In this document: piece after piece, positions 52,349-64,000 of the stretch
How positions within the stretch are numbered: the first letter of the stretch is position 1
Layout: the number at the start of each line of letters is the position of its first letter
Made by a program: the position numbers and the translations under genes
The notes under the pieces: model-generated
Databases searched by the model: none
What the model saw: only the letters and a program-made list of their open reading frames with translations
What the model was told of the DNA's origin: nothing
NCBI GenBank assembly: GCA_964614915.1
Contig: CAZTNC010000002.1
Span: 32,575-96,574, forward strand
Length of the DNA stretch: 64,000 nucleotides
Reading direction: 5' to 3'
Origin: an uncultured Thiotrichales bacterium
GTDB taxonomy: Bacteria > Pseudomonadota > Gammaproteobacteria > UBA4575

Positions 52349-54171
52349 GCAGGCCTGCAGTGCCGTCCATTCAGCATTTACCCCCACAGCTTGTAAACCA
52401 GATTGCGGCAGGCGAGGTCATCGAGCGGCCCGCTTCGGTCCTGAAAGAGCTTCTTGAAAATGCCCTGGATGCGGGTGCCACGAAAATCTCGATCGAGCTC
52501 GAGCGTGGCGGAATGGAGTGCGTGCGGGTACGTGACGACGGCAACGGCATACCCAGGGAAGAAATTCCGCTGGCCCTGCAGCGTCATGCGACCAGCAAGA
52601 TTTCGTGCCTGGAAGATCTTGAGCACATTACTACCCTGGGATTTCGTGGCGAGGCCTTGCCCAGCATCGCCTCGGTGTCCAGGTTCAGCCTTGCCTCCAA
52701 TCCCGATGGCACTACCAACGAAGGCTGGATGATCTCGGCAGAAGGTGGTGAATTTGTACAGGGTGCAGTGCCGGCACGCCAGGCCAAGGGCACGATGGTG
52801 GAGGTCAGGAACCTGTTTTTCAATGTGCCTGCCCGCAAGAAATTTCTGCGCACCGAGAAAACCGAATGGCAGCATTGTCAATCCATGCTGCTCAGGATTG
52901 CCCTGAGCCGTTTCGATATCGAGATGTCGGTCCGGCACAATGGCAGGGACTGCCTGCAGCTCAATGCTGCCAAGGACAATCCCGGCAGGGTCCGACGCCT
53001 GCAGCAGGCATGCGGACAAAAATTTGCGCAGCAAAATATCGGTCTGGAAAATTCCGCACAGGATCTGCACATGGATGGCTGGATCAGCCTGCCCACATTC
53101 TCACGCAGCCAGGCGGACCTGCAATACTTCTATGTGAACGGTCGTGCCATACGGGACAAGGTGATTGCACACGCCATCAAGCAGGCCTACCAGGACGTGT
53201 TGTATCACGGGCGCTTTCCTGCCTTTGTGTTGTTCTTGGAAGTGGACCCCGCCCAGGTGGATGTCAATGCCCATCCCATGAAACATGAAGTGCGTTTCCG
53301 ACAGGCCCGCTACGTACATGATTTTGTCCGGCACACGGTGGGCAAGGCGATCGCAGAAACCATGCCCGAATCGGGGCAGCAGGATGTCGGAAAATACCGT
53401 GAAGTCGTGGATGACTATGCGCACACACCTCAGTCCGGCATGTTCCCCCGCAGTACCCTGGGGGATGGGTTACCAGGTGCACCTTCCATGGCCTCCCAGG
53501 TGCAGGCCGCGGCCGTATTGTACGGGGATACGGCGATGGAAGGGGTGCACAGTGCCAATTTCGAGGATGGCGAGAAGCCTATGCCACCGCTGGGCTATGC
53601 CCTGGCCCAGTTGCAGGGAATATACATACTTGCGCAGAATGACCAGGGCCTGATCATCGTGGACATGCATGCCGCGCATGAACGCATCGTGTACGAGAAG
53701 CTGAAGACGGCGTTTCAGCAGCAGGGGGTTCCCGTGCAGGCCCTGCTGGTACCCCTGACCCTCGAACTCAGCCAGCAGGAAGCGGCCCTGGCTGAACAGC
53801 ACGCACGGCTGTTTTCGAAATTCGGTTTTGGAGTTGAACGGTTCGGCAACGAGAGCGTGGTCATACGGGAAATTCCGGCATTGCTGCAGCAGGGCGAGAT
53901 CGACGTTGGGAGTCTGGTCCGGGATGTGTTGTCGGACTTGAGCGAATACGACGCTTCGGGAAGGCTGGAGCAGGCCAGCAACGAGATCTTGTCGACCATG
54001 GCGTGCCATGGTTCCGTGCGCGCCAACCGCAAGCTGATGATCACTGAAATGAACGCCTTGCTGCGCGACATGGAAGCTACGGAGCGAAGCGCGCAGTGTA
54101 ACCACGGGCGTCCTACCTGGATGCAGTTGAGCGTGGACCAGCTGGACAAGCTGTTCAAGCGTGGCCGCTGA
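52345..54171 (+). CDS. mutL: DNA mismatch repair protein MutL
   Basis: NQIAAGEVIERP, GFRGEAL, DMHAAHERIVYE endonuclease motif, ACH, CNHGRP. Confidence 0.98.
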   Translation: MSRPAVPSIQHLPPQLVNQIAAGEVIERPASVLKELLENALDAGATKISIELERGGMECVRVRDDGNGIPREEIPLALQRHATSKISCLEDLEHITTLGFRGEALPSIASVSRFSLASNPDGTTNEGWMISAEGGEFVQGAVPARQAKGTMVEVRNLFFNVPARKKFLRTEKTEWQHCQSMLLRIALSRFDIEMSVRHNGRDCLQLNAAKDNPGRVRRLQQACGQKFAQQNIGLENSAQDLHMDGWISLPTFSRSQADLQYFYVNGRAIRDKVIAHAIKQAYQDVLYHGRFPAFVLFLEVDPAQVDVNAHPMKHEVRFRQARYVHDFVRHTVGKAIAETMPESGQQDVGKYREVVDDYAHTPQSGMFPRSTLGDGLPGAPSMASQVQAAAVLYGDTAMEGVHSANFEDGEKPMPPLGYALAQLQGIYILAQNDQGLIIVDMHAAHERIVYEKLKTAFQQQGVPVQALLVPLTLELSQQEAALAEQHARLFSKFGFGVERFGNESVVIREIPALLQQGEIDVGSLVRDVLSDLSEYDASGRLEQASNEILSTMACHGSVRANRKLMITEMNALLRDMEATERSAQCNHGRPTWMQLSVDQLDKLFKRGR

Positions 54172-54216
54172 CATGGCAGGACATGCGCCGGCCCTGCGAG
54201 CCTGAATTCAAGAGCA

Positions 54217-55182
54217 TTGGATGCGATACCTGCAGTTAGCCTGATGGGCCCGACGGCCAGTGGCAAGACCAGCCTGGCATTGAAGATTGCGGCAAAATTC
54301 CCGTGCGAAATCATCAGCGTGGACTCGGTCATGATTTACCGTGGCATGGACATCGGTTCCGCCAAACCGGACAAGACCGTCCTACAAACTGTGCCCCATC
54401 ACCTGATCGATATTCTGGACCCGCTTGAAACCTATTCGGCAGCAAATTTCAGGGCTGACGCCGTGCGGCAGATCCGTGCCATTCATGCCCGCAAACATAT
54501 CCCCTTGCTGGTGGGCGGCACCATGCTTTATTTCAGTGCCCTGATGCGTGGCCTGTCAGACATGCCAGGGGCCAATGTCCGGGTCCGGGAAAAAATCAGC
54601 CACGAGGCAAAAATGCATGGCTGGGAAGCCCTGCATGCGCGGCTTGCCCGGGTCGACCCGAAAGCTGCTGTACAGATTCATCCGAATGATCCGCAGCGCA
54701 TACAGCGAGCGCTGGAAGTCTATGAAATCAGCGGTATCCCGATCAGTGCATGGCATGCGAAATCCAAAATGCCCCAACCGGTGTTCCAGGCCCTGAAGAT
54801 TGCGCTGGTCCCGGAAGACCGCGGCCTTTTGCATGAGCGCATCCAGCAGCGTTTTGATGCCATGCTGGCAGACGGATTCCTGGACGAGGTGGAGGCATTG
54901 CGACGCAGGAAGGAGCTGCATTGCAGCTTGCCATCGATCCGTTCGGTGGGCTACAGGCAGGCTTGGTGTCACCTGGCCGGCGAGTACGGTTACGAGACGA
55001 TGTGTGAGAAAGCGGTGGCAGCTACGCGCCAGCTCGCGAAAAGGCAGCTGACCTGGTTACGCGGCGAGACGGAGTTGACACAGGTGCGCGCCGAGCAATT
55101 CGATATTGGAAATATCTATCGTGCAATTGACTCCCATATAGGAACATCGACCTGTTACACTACAGGGACACCGAGCCGGTGA
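54217..55182 (+). CDS. miaA: tRNA dimethylallyltransferase
   Basis: GPTASGKT, SVDS, GGTMLY, AKRQLTW. Confidence 0.97.
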   Translation: MDAIPAVSLMGPTASGKTSLALKIAAKFPCEIISVDSVMIYRGMDIGSAKPDKTVLQTVPHHLIDILDPLETYSAANFRADAVRQIRAIHARKHIPLLVGGTMLYFSALMRGLSDMPGANVRVREKISHEAKMHGWEALHARLARVDPKAAVQIHPNDPQRIQRALEVYEISGIPISAWHAKSKMPQPVFQALKIALVPEDRGLLHERIQQRFDAMLADGFLDEVEALRRRKELHCSLPSIRSVGYRQAWCHLAGEYGYETMCEKAVAATRQLAKRQLTWLRGETELTQVRAEQFDIGNIYRAIDSHIGTSTCYTTGTPSR

Positions 55183-55242
55183 GGGTACAACTCGCTAGTA
55201 GGTAGTAATAACAATGCATAATAAACTAGAGGTACTACAGTG

Positions 55243-55479
55243 ATGTCAAAAGGCCAAACTTTGCAGGAGCCTTTTCTGAATGCGCTGCGGAAAGAGAAGG
55301 TTCCCGTTTCAGTCTATCTCGTAAACGGAATTAAGTTACAGGGCCAGGTTGACTCTTTCGATCAATTTGTGGTGTTGTTGAAAAACAGTGTGAACCAGAT
55401 GGTCTATAAGCATGCGATATCAACCATCGTTCCGTCGCGCATGGTGAAAATTCCCTATAACGACGAGCGCCGGGAGTAG
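55243..55479 (+). CDS. hfq: RNA chaperone Hfq
   Basis: [27 protein letters not shown]. Confidence 0.98.
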   Translation: MSKGQTLQEPFLNALRKEKVPVSVYLVNGIKLQGQVDSFDQFVVLLKNSVNQMVYKHAISTIVPSRMVKIPYNDERRE

Positions 55480-55516
55480 CGACACCTGGTGAATCTCAGC
55501 AGACCGGAGCAATTGT

Positions 55517-56800
55517 TTGTTTGAGCGCCCTGATACGGGTGAGCGCGTGATCCTCGTGCATACGAGGTTTCGAAGCGTAGCCAACAATCAGGAACTGAAC
55601 GAATTTGAGGAACTGGCCCGTTCGGTCAGTGCAGAAATTGCCACCGTCATCACGGTACAGCGTGACAGGCCGGATGCGAAGCTTCTGATTGGCAGCGGCA
55701 AGGCGGCTGAACTGGCTCAGCTGGCCTGCCTGCTGAATGCAGACATCATCATCTTCAATTACGCCCTGTCCCCGAGCCAGGAACGCAACCTCGAAAAAAT
55801 CTGCAAGCGGCGGGTGCTGGACAGGACCGGGTTGATCCTGGATATCTTCGCCCAGCGTGCACGTTCCTACGAGGGCAAGTTGCAGGTCGAGCTTGCGCAG
55901 CTGAAATACCTTTCCACCCGGTTGATACGCGGGTGGAGTCACCTGGAGCGCCAGAAAGGCGGGATCGGCCTGCGAGGACCGGGGGAGAAGCAGCTGGAAT
56001 CCGACCGGCGGCTACTGAGACTGCGCATCAAGCAAATTTCCAAACGCCTGGAAAAAATACGCATCCAGCGCAACCAGGGACGGGCCGCACGGCGCAAGAC
56101 CACGACCCCCACCGTGGCGCTGGTTGGTTACACCAATGCAGGGAAATCCACGCTCTTCAACCGGCTCACCAATGCCAACGTGTATTCTGCGGACAAGCTG
56201 TTCGCCACCCTGGATCCTACCCTGCGACGCATGGAACTTTCGAAAAGCCGGCATGTCGTACTTGCAGATACGGTCGGCTTTATCCAGGACCTGCCGCATG
56301 ACCTGATTGAAGCGTTTCATGCGACTCTCCAGGAGACCGGCGAAGCCGATCTGCTGCTGCATGTTGTGGATGCCGGCGACGACAACCGGACGCACAATAT
56401 TCTAGAGGTCGAGTCCGTGCTCCGGCAGATCGACGCTTTGGATATACCCCAGATTATGGTTTACAATAAGATCGATCTGATCAACATGTTGCCCAACATA
56501 CAGTTGGACCCGCAGGGCCGCATACAGCAGGTGTGGGTGTCTGCGCAAGAGGGGCAGGGTCTGGATTTGCTGGAACAGGCGCTGCGGCAGCATTTTGACA
56601 TTCAGTGTGAGTGCATCTGGTTGCGTTTGCCGCCCTCCGCGGGCCACATTCGCAGCGAGTTGTACGCCAAAGACCATGTCGTGCAGGAATTTGTCGATGA
56701 TGAAGGGCATTGGCAGATCGAAGCCGAGGTACCTGCGCAAAGAGTCAAGCATTTTGCAGACTACCAGATTGCAGTGCAGTCTGAGCAGTTAGCAGGTTGA
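55517..56800 (+). CDS. hflX: Ribosome-splitting GTPase HflX
   Basis: GYTNAGKST, LFATLD, DTVGF, NKID. Confidence 0.97.
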   Translation: MFERPDTGERVILVHTRFRSVANNQELNEFEELARSVSAEIATVITVQRDRPDAKLLIGSGKAAELAQLACLLNADIIIFNYALSPSQERNLEKICKRRVLDRTGLILDIFAQRARSYEGKLQVELAQLKYLSTRLIRGWSHLERQKGGIGLRGPGEKQLESDRRLLRLRIKQISKRLEKIRIQRNQGRAARRKTTTPTVALVGYTNAGKSTLFNRLTNANVYSADKLFATLDPTLRRMELSKSRHVVLADTVGFIQDLPHDLIEAFHATLQETGEADLLLHVVDAGDDNRTHNILEVESVLRQIDALDIPQIMVYNKIDLINMLPNIQLDPQGRIQQVWVSAQEGQGLDLLEQALRQHFDIQCECIWLRLPPSAGHIRSELYAKDHVVQEFVDDEGHWQIEAEVPAQRVKHFADYQIAVQSEQLAG

Positions 56801-56885
56801 AGCTACTTTTTGCAGGTAGCTTGATACAATAGCTGACCGCTTCAGAATTGAAGCACTGGTTCAGTAACCATTCTTGGAGAAAACC

Positions 56886-58028
56886 ATGCCCTGGAACAGC
56901 CCGCAAGGCGGCAAAGATGATGATCCATGGGGTCAGAAGTCGAGCAATCAGGGACCGCCTGACCTGGACGAGGTATTCCGCAACCTAGGCAAGAAATTCG
57001 GCGGAATTTTCGGCTCCGGCACGCAGAGCGGTTCGTCGGGTCCCAAAAAACCCTACCTGTTGCTTGCACTGGCCGCAGTCATTGCGATCTGGGGCGTCTA
57101 CGACCGGTTCGGGTTCTACACCGTGCAGCAGGCGGAAAGAGGCGTTGAATTGCGTTTCGGCAAGTACAGCCAGACCACGACCGCAGGGCTCAACTGGAAG
57201 ATGCCGTTTCCGATCGAACGGGTTGAAATCGTCAACATCGATGAAGTGCGTGAAGTCACCAACAAGACCTCGATGCTGACGCAGGACGAGAACATCGTCG
57301 AGGTATCGCTGGAGGCCCAGTACAGGATCAAGAGCGCAGAGGATTACCTGTTCAATCTTCGTGATCCTGACATGACGGTAAAAGACGCCATGGAGAGTGC
57401 GGTGCGTGAGATCGTGGGCAAGAGCACCATTGATTTTGTCCTCTTTGAAGGACGTGGCCAGATTTCAAGCGCCACGCGGGAACTCCTGCAAAGCATCATG
57501 GACGAATACGGATCCGGCATCTACATCCAGAAGGTGAACCTGGAGAAGTCACAGCCGCCGGACCCGGTCAAGGCGGCGTTTTCCGATGCGATCAAATCCC
57601 GGGAGGACTATGAACGCTACATCAAGGAAGCCGAAGCCTATGCGAACAGCATACTGCCCCAGGCAAGGGGTGAAGCTGCCCGGCTCATGCAGGAAGCCAA
57701 CGCCTACCGCGACCAGGTGATCGCAAATTCGGAAGGTGAGGCCAAGCGGTTCCTGAAATTACTGGGCGAATATGAAAAGGCACCGGAGGTGACCCGGGAG
57801 CGCTTGTATCTGGAGGCGGTCGAGTCAGTGTTTGCCAATAGCAACAAGCTGCTTATGGACGTTGAAGGGGGAAACAATTTGATCTATCTGCCACTGGACC
57901 AGATTGTCAGGCAGCGCCCCATGACAGACAGCGCGTCCACGGTCCAGGACCGGTTCTCCCCGGAAGTCGGCATGAACAACCCGCAGAGTGGCCTGATCCG
58001 GCCCGGGCGGGGCAGAGGGGAGCGCTGA
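56886..58028 (+). CDS. hflK: FtsH modulator HflK
   Basis: DPWG, GPPDLDE, MLTQDENIV, PEVTRERLYL. Confidence 0.95.
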   Translation: MPWNSPQGGKDDDPWGQKSSNQGPPDLDEVFRNLGKKFGGIFGSGTQSGSSGPKKPYLLLALAAVIAIWGVYDRFGFYTVQQAERGVELRFGKYSQTTTAGLNWKMPFPIERVEIVNIDEVREVTNKTSMLTQDENIVEVSLEAQYRIKSAEDYLFNLRDPDMTVKDAMESAVREIVGKSTIDFVLFEGRGQISSATRELLQSIMDEYGSGIYIQKVNLEKSQPPDPVKAAFSDAIKSREDYERYIKEAEAYANSILPQARGEAARLMQEANAYRDQVIANSEGEAKRFLKLLGEYEKAPEVTRERLYLEAVESVFANSNKLLMDVEGGNNLIYLPLDQIVRQRPMTDSASTVQDRFSPEVGMNNPQSGLIRPGRGRGER

Positions 58029-58029
58029 C

Positions 58030-58893
58030 ATGAACGGCAAGGTGATTCTTGGAGTAGTAATCGCGACCATCGTTGCGATCTGGGCATTCACATTCCAGGT
58101 CGATCAGCGGCAAAAAGTCATCAAGGTGCAATTTGGCGAAATCAAGGATGCGACGCTTGAGCCCGGGCTGCATTTCATGATTCCCATCGTGCACAAGATC
58201 AGACGAAATGACGGGCGCATTCTCACGCTTGACGTGCCTCCGACCGAGTTTCCCACGAGTGAGAAGAAGTATGTAAAAGTTGACTTCTACGCCAAGTGGC
58301 GCATCGAGGACGTGGAGAAATACTTCATTGCCACGGGAGGTCAGGAAACACGGGCAAACCAGCGTCTGGAGCTGATCCTGGTAGATGGACTCAAGAATGA
58401 GTTCGGCAAGCGAACCATCCAGGAAGTCGTTTCAGGGGAACGCAGCAAAATCATGGATGTCATCCAGGTGCAGTCCAATGAAGATGCCAAAAGATTCGGC
58501 ATCCAGGTGGTGGACGTGCGTGTCAGCAAGATTGACCTGCCGGATGATGTGAGCGACTCGGTATTCAATCGCATGCGCGCGGAACGCGCGCGGGTCGCCA
58601 AGGACTTCCGTGCACGCGGGAAAGAACAGGCAGAAATCATCCAGGCCACGGCAGACAAGGAGCGTACCATCATTTTGGCCAATGCCTACAAGGAGGCTGA
58701 GCAAATCCGCGGGGAAGGCGATGCGCAGTCGGCAAAGATTTATGCGGATGCGTATCAAAGTAACGAAGAGTTCTACACGTTTACACGAAGCCTGAAGGCT
58801 TATATCAATACCTTCACGGGAAACAACGACTTCCTGATCATGCAGCCGGATTCCGATTTCTTCCGTTACTTCAAGCAGTCGGAACAAAACTAG
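58030..58893 (+). CDS. hflC: FtsH modulator HflC
   Basis: PGLHF, RMRAER, RGEGDA, RSLKAY. Confidence 0.95.
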   Translation: MNGKVILGVVIATIVAIWAFTFQVDQRQKVIKVQFGEIKDATLEPGLHFMIPIVHKIRRNDGRILTLDVPPTEFPTSEKKYVKVDFYAKWRIEDVEKYFIATGGQETRANQRLELILVDGLKNEFGKRTIQEVVSGERSKIMDVIQVQSNEDAKRFGIQVVDVRVSKIDLPDDVSDSVFNRMRAERARVAKDFRARGKEQAEIIQATADKERTIILANAYKEAEQIRGEGDAQSAKIYADAYQSNEEFYTFTRSLKAYINTFTGNNDFLIMQPDSDFFRYFKQSEQN

Positions 58894-58918
58894 CAGTTTT
58901 TCCGGCTTATCTGTTTCA

Positions 58919-59113
58919 ATGTGGGATGAACTACTGGTCGCAGTTGCACTGGTGCTCGTGCTTGAAGGTATTTTCCCTTTTCTGGCACCGGAAAAATTCA
59001 AGCAGGCGCTGTCCCAGCTGGACGAGCTGTCCGGCCAGACCCTGCGGATTGCCGGCCTGGCCAGCATCACGATCGGAATCCTTCTCCTGTACATTCTCAG
59101 ACCCGGTGGATGA
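58919..59113 (+). CDS. DUF2065 (YjeT-like) membrane protein
   Basis: ALVLVLEG..PF..P, LR..GL; conserved position after hflC. Confidence 0.85.
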   Translation: MWDELLVAVALVLVLEGIFPFLAPEKFKQALSQLDELSGQTLRIAGLASITIGILLLYILRPGG

Positions 59114-59119
59114 GTCGCC

Positions 59120-61601
<2,482 letters not shown>

Positions 61602-61676
61602 TGCCCGCCGCATAGCAGGAGTAAGCCTGCCAGTGCATGGCGGGCCGAAAGAAGCTTGATTGATACGGAGGTGAAA

Positions 61677-62189
61677 ATGAGTTTTTTGCGATATCTGTGC
61701 GTAGTCGTGTTAACCCTGGGGCTTGGAGCCGTCGTCGGCCATGCCGAACCTGAACGCACGGCCTCAGTGCAGGCACCCGGGTCCGGCAAGATCTGGCTGG
61801 ACGTGTACAAGAGCCCGACCTGTGGCTGCTGTACCAAGTGGGTGGAACATGCGCAAGCCAGTGGTTTTGATACGGCCGTCCATCATCCGAAAGACCTGGC
61901 CCAGGTCAAAGACAAGTATGCAATTGCTTCAGACTACTGGGCTTGCCACACTTCAGTCTCCGAAGACGGCTATGTGTTCGAGGGGCATATACCTGCCCGG
62001 TACATCCGCGAGTTTTTCGCAAGCCCGCCGAGGGGTGCAGTGGGCCTTGCGGTTCCCAGGATGCCTGTCGGCAGTCCGGGAATGGAGACGGAAAACAAGT
62101 TTGCTCCCTACCAGGTGCTGCTGCTCAAGGCCAACGGCGAAAGCGAGGTATTTGCAGAAGTCAAAAGCGCACAGGAGCAGTATCGTTGA
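61677..62189 (+). CDS. DUF411 (CopG-like) exported metal-binding protein
   Basis: Signal peptide; YKSPTCGCC..W, CHT, EGHIPA, MPVGSPGME; GGAGG RBS. Confidence 0.88.
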   Translation: MSFLRYLCVVVLTLGLGAVVGHAEPERTASVQAPGSGKIWLDVYKSPTCGCCTKWVEHAQASGFDTAVHHPKDLAQVKDKYAIASDYWACHTSVSEDGYVFEGHIPARYIREFFASPPRGAVGLAVPRMPVGSPGMETENKFAPYQVLLLKANGESEVFAEVKSAQEQYR

Positions 62190-62231
62190 CCCAGGGATGT
62201 CTTGCTTGCCGGCCTGGAGGGCCGGGTCATC

Positions 62232-62318
62232 TGGTGCCGAGGAGAGGACTCGAACCTCCATGGGATTGCTCCCACTAGCACCTGAAGCTAGCGCGTCTAC
62301 CAATTTCGCCACCTCGGC
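62232..62318 (-). tRNA. tRNA-Leu (anticodon CAG)
   Basis: Reverse complement GCCGAGGTGGCGAAATTGGTAGACGCG CTAGC-TT-CAG-GT-GCTAG, long variable arm, GGTTCGAGTCC, ending CCA. Confidence 0.96.
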
Positions 62319-62471
62319 ATTCCCCCGTCCCGGGCCGGATCTGGCCCGCCGGAAGGTGGGCACTTTACGAAGCGCCCGGATACTTGTCAACGCGGCTCAC
62401 GATGATGTGACCGGCCTGACAGGATCGGGAAGTTTCCGGTTTTCGATATGAAAAGGTAAAGGGCATTCCCC

Positions 62472-64000
62472 ATGACAAGGAAGAAAAAGAAATCCAAGGA
62501 TCCTTACAGCCGGCGCGAGGCTGCAAAATACAAGCACCCGATCGCCAGCCGGGAATTCATTCTTGACGTGCTCGAAGACAGCAAGGGTCCACTGTCGGCG
62601 CCGGCACTGCACCGGGCACTGGACATCCATACAGAGAAGGCTGTGAACGCGCTGAAGCGGCGCCTGGTGGCGATGGAGCGCGATGGCCAGATCATCCGCA
62701 ACCGTCAAAACCATTATCTGCCGGTCGCCAAGGTCAACCTGGTACGGGGGCGGGTGATGGGCCACGCCAGCGGTTTCGGTTTCCTGATTCCGGACGAAGG
62801 AGGGCCGGACCTTTTCCTGTCTCCCTACGAAATGCGCTCCCTGATGCATGGAGATCGTGTGGTCGTTAGGCCCACTGGAAATTCCAAGGACGACAAGCCG
62901 CAGGGAAAGCTGGTTGAGATCATCAAGCGTCACAACAAGCAGATCGTGGGCAGGTACTACCAGGAGTCCGGTATCGGGTATGTGGTGCCCGATGACAAGC
63001 GTCTGGGTCAGGATGTCATGATTCCTGACGGGTCTGCAGGGGAGGCGGTAAACGGACAATTCGTGGTGGCTGCCATCGTGGAGCCACCCAACCGCGCACG
63101 ACAGGCCATCGGCAAGGTCGTCGAGGTGCTCGGGAACCATCTTGCTCCCGGCATGGAGATCGATGTCGCCATCCGGTCCTACGACATACCGCATCGCTGG
63201 CCCGAGGAGGTATTGCGCGAAGCCGATCAGTTCAGGAAAAGCACGATCAAGCAGCAGGTCGGGAAACGCAGGGATCTGCGCACACTCAACTTCGTCACCA
63301 TCGATGGCAGCGATGCCAAGGACTTCGATGATGCAGTGTACTGCGAGCCGCGTGAAAACGGTTGGCGCCTGTGGGTCGCGATAGCCGATGTCTCGCATTA
63401 TGTACAGATGGATTCGGCACTGGATCTTGAGGCCCGCAAACGTGGCACCTCGGTGTATTTCCCGGAGCGCGTGGTGCCCATGCTTCCCGAACGGCTTTCC
63501 AACGGACTGTGTTCGCTCAAACCGGGCACCGACCGGCTTTGCATGGTGTGCGAGATGTTTGTCTCCAGAGACGGCGTGTTGAAACGTTACAGTTTCTACG
63601 ATGCGGTCATGCGCTCTGCGGCGCGTCTGACCTACGAGCAGGTCCAGAAGATCCTGTACGACAGGGACAAAAAAATGCGCAAGCGTTTCAGTCATGTCCG
63701 GCCTGACCTGGAACACCTGCGAGGCGTCTTTCGCGCCCTGAGAAAGCAGCGCAAGAAAAGAGGGGCGATCGACTTCGATACCCAGGAAAGTTTTTTTGAG
63801 TTCGATGAGCACAAGAAGATCAAGGCCATCATCCCGCAAGAGCGTTTCGAGGCTCACATGATCATTGAGGAATGCATGATCAGCGCAAACATTGCAGCGG
63901 CCAGATTCATTAGCAAACGCAAACTACCCACCCTGTACCGTGTTCACGACGGGCCGACCGGTGAGAAAACGCGGGAGCTGAGGGAGTTCCTGCAGACGCT
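62472..64000 (+). CDS. rnr: Ribonuclease R (3'-truncated; missing from ORF track because no stop lies in the window)
   Basis: MTRKKKKSKDPYSRREAAKYKHPIASREFIL, GFGF, FVTIDGSDAKDFDDAV, VAIADV, RGTSVYFP, IEECMI. Confidence 0.95.
   Translation, partial: MTRKKKKSKDPYSRREAAKYKHPIASREFILDVLEDSKGPLSAPALHRALDIHTEKAVNALKRRLVAMERDGQIIRNRQNHYLPVAKVNLVRGRVMGHASGFGFLIPDEGGPDLFLSPYEMRSLMHGDRVVVRPTGNSKDDKPQGKLVEIIKRHNKQIVGRYYQESGIGYVVPDDKRLGQDVMIPDGSAGEAVNGQFVVAAIVEPPNRARQAIGKVVEVLGNHLAPGMEIDVAIRSYDIPHRWPEEVLREADQFRKSTIKQQVGKRRDLRTLNFVTIDGSDAKDFDDAVYCEPRENGWRLWVAIADVSHYVQMDSALDLEARKRGTSVYFPERVVPMLPERLSNGLCSLKPGTDRLCMVCEMFVSRDGVLKRYSFYDAVMRSAARLTYEQVQKILYDRDKKMRKRFSHVRPDLEHLRGVFRALRKQRKKRGAIDFDTQESFFEFDEHKKIKAIIPQERFEAHMIIEECMISANIAAARFISKRKLPTLYRVHDGPTGEKTRELREFLQT

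Noticed and set aside
61602-62318. Integrative element at tRNA-Leu
   Set aside because: No integrase and no duplicated tRNA 3' end seen
62397-63857. 486-aa minus-strand ORF
   Set aside because: Antisense shadow of rnr, which has clear RNase R motifs on the + strand

Overview
Chromosomal window of a moderately GC-rich gammaproteobacterium. About 80% is conserved housekeeping backbone: clpB 3' end; proS; LysR/perM/dapA/bamC; dxs-ispA-xseB; zur-znuCB; fdhD-radA-corB-ypjD; ffh-rpsP-rimM-trmD-rplS; htpG; katG; pcnB-folK-panBC-pgi; queG/nnr-tsaE-amidase; mutL-miaA-hfq-hflXKC-hisZ-purA; tRNA-Leu(CAG); rnr 5' end. The interesting part is a ~10.5 kb accessory block between clpB and proS (about 1.8-12.3 kb) holding two co-oriented systems. 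(1) An XylM/AlkB-type membrane di-iron monooxygenase whose last His box is altered (QADHH), followed by three paralogous GST-fold proteins that all lack the canonical ES glutathione-binding motif, two tiny membrane proteins (one a 35-aa ORF absent from the ORF track), a hypothetical protein and a FadL/TodX-type outer-membrane channel, with no rubredoxin, ferredoxin or reductase. (2) An MNIO (DUF692) + DUF2063 RiPP cluster whose precursor is a Tat-signal, 14-Cys, internally duplicated bufferin(BufA2)-like peptide, preceded by a perfect 16-bp palindrome and lacking the DoxX/ECF-sigma partners. No CRISPR array, integrase, transposase or rRNA was seen. All family assignments come from motif recognition by eye, not from database searches.
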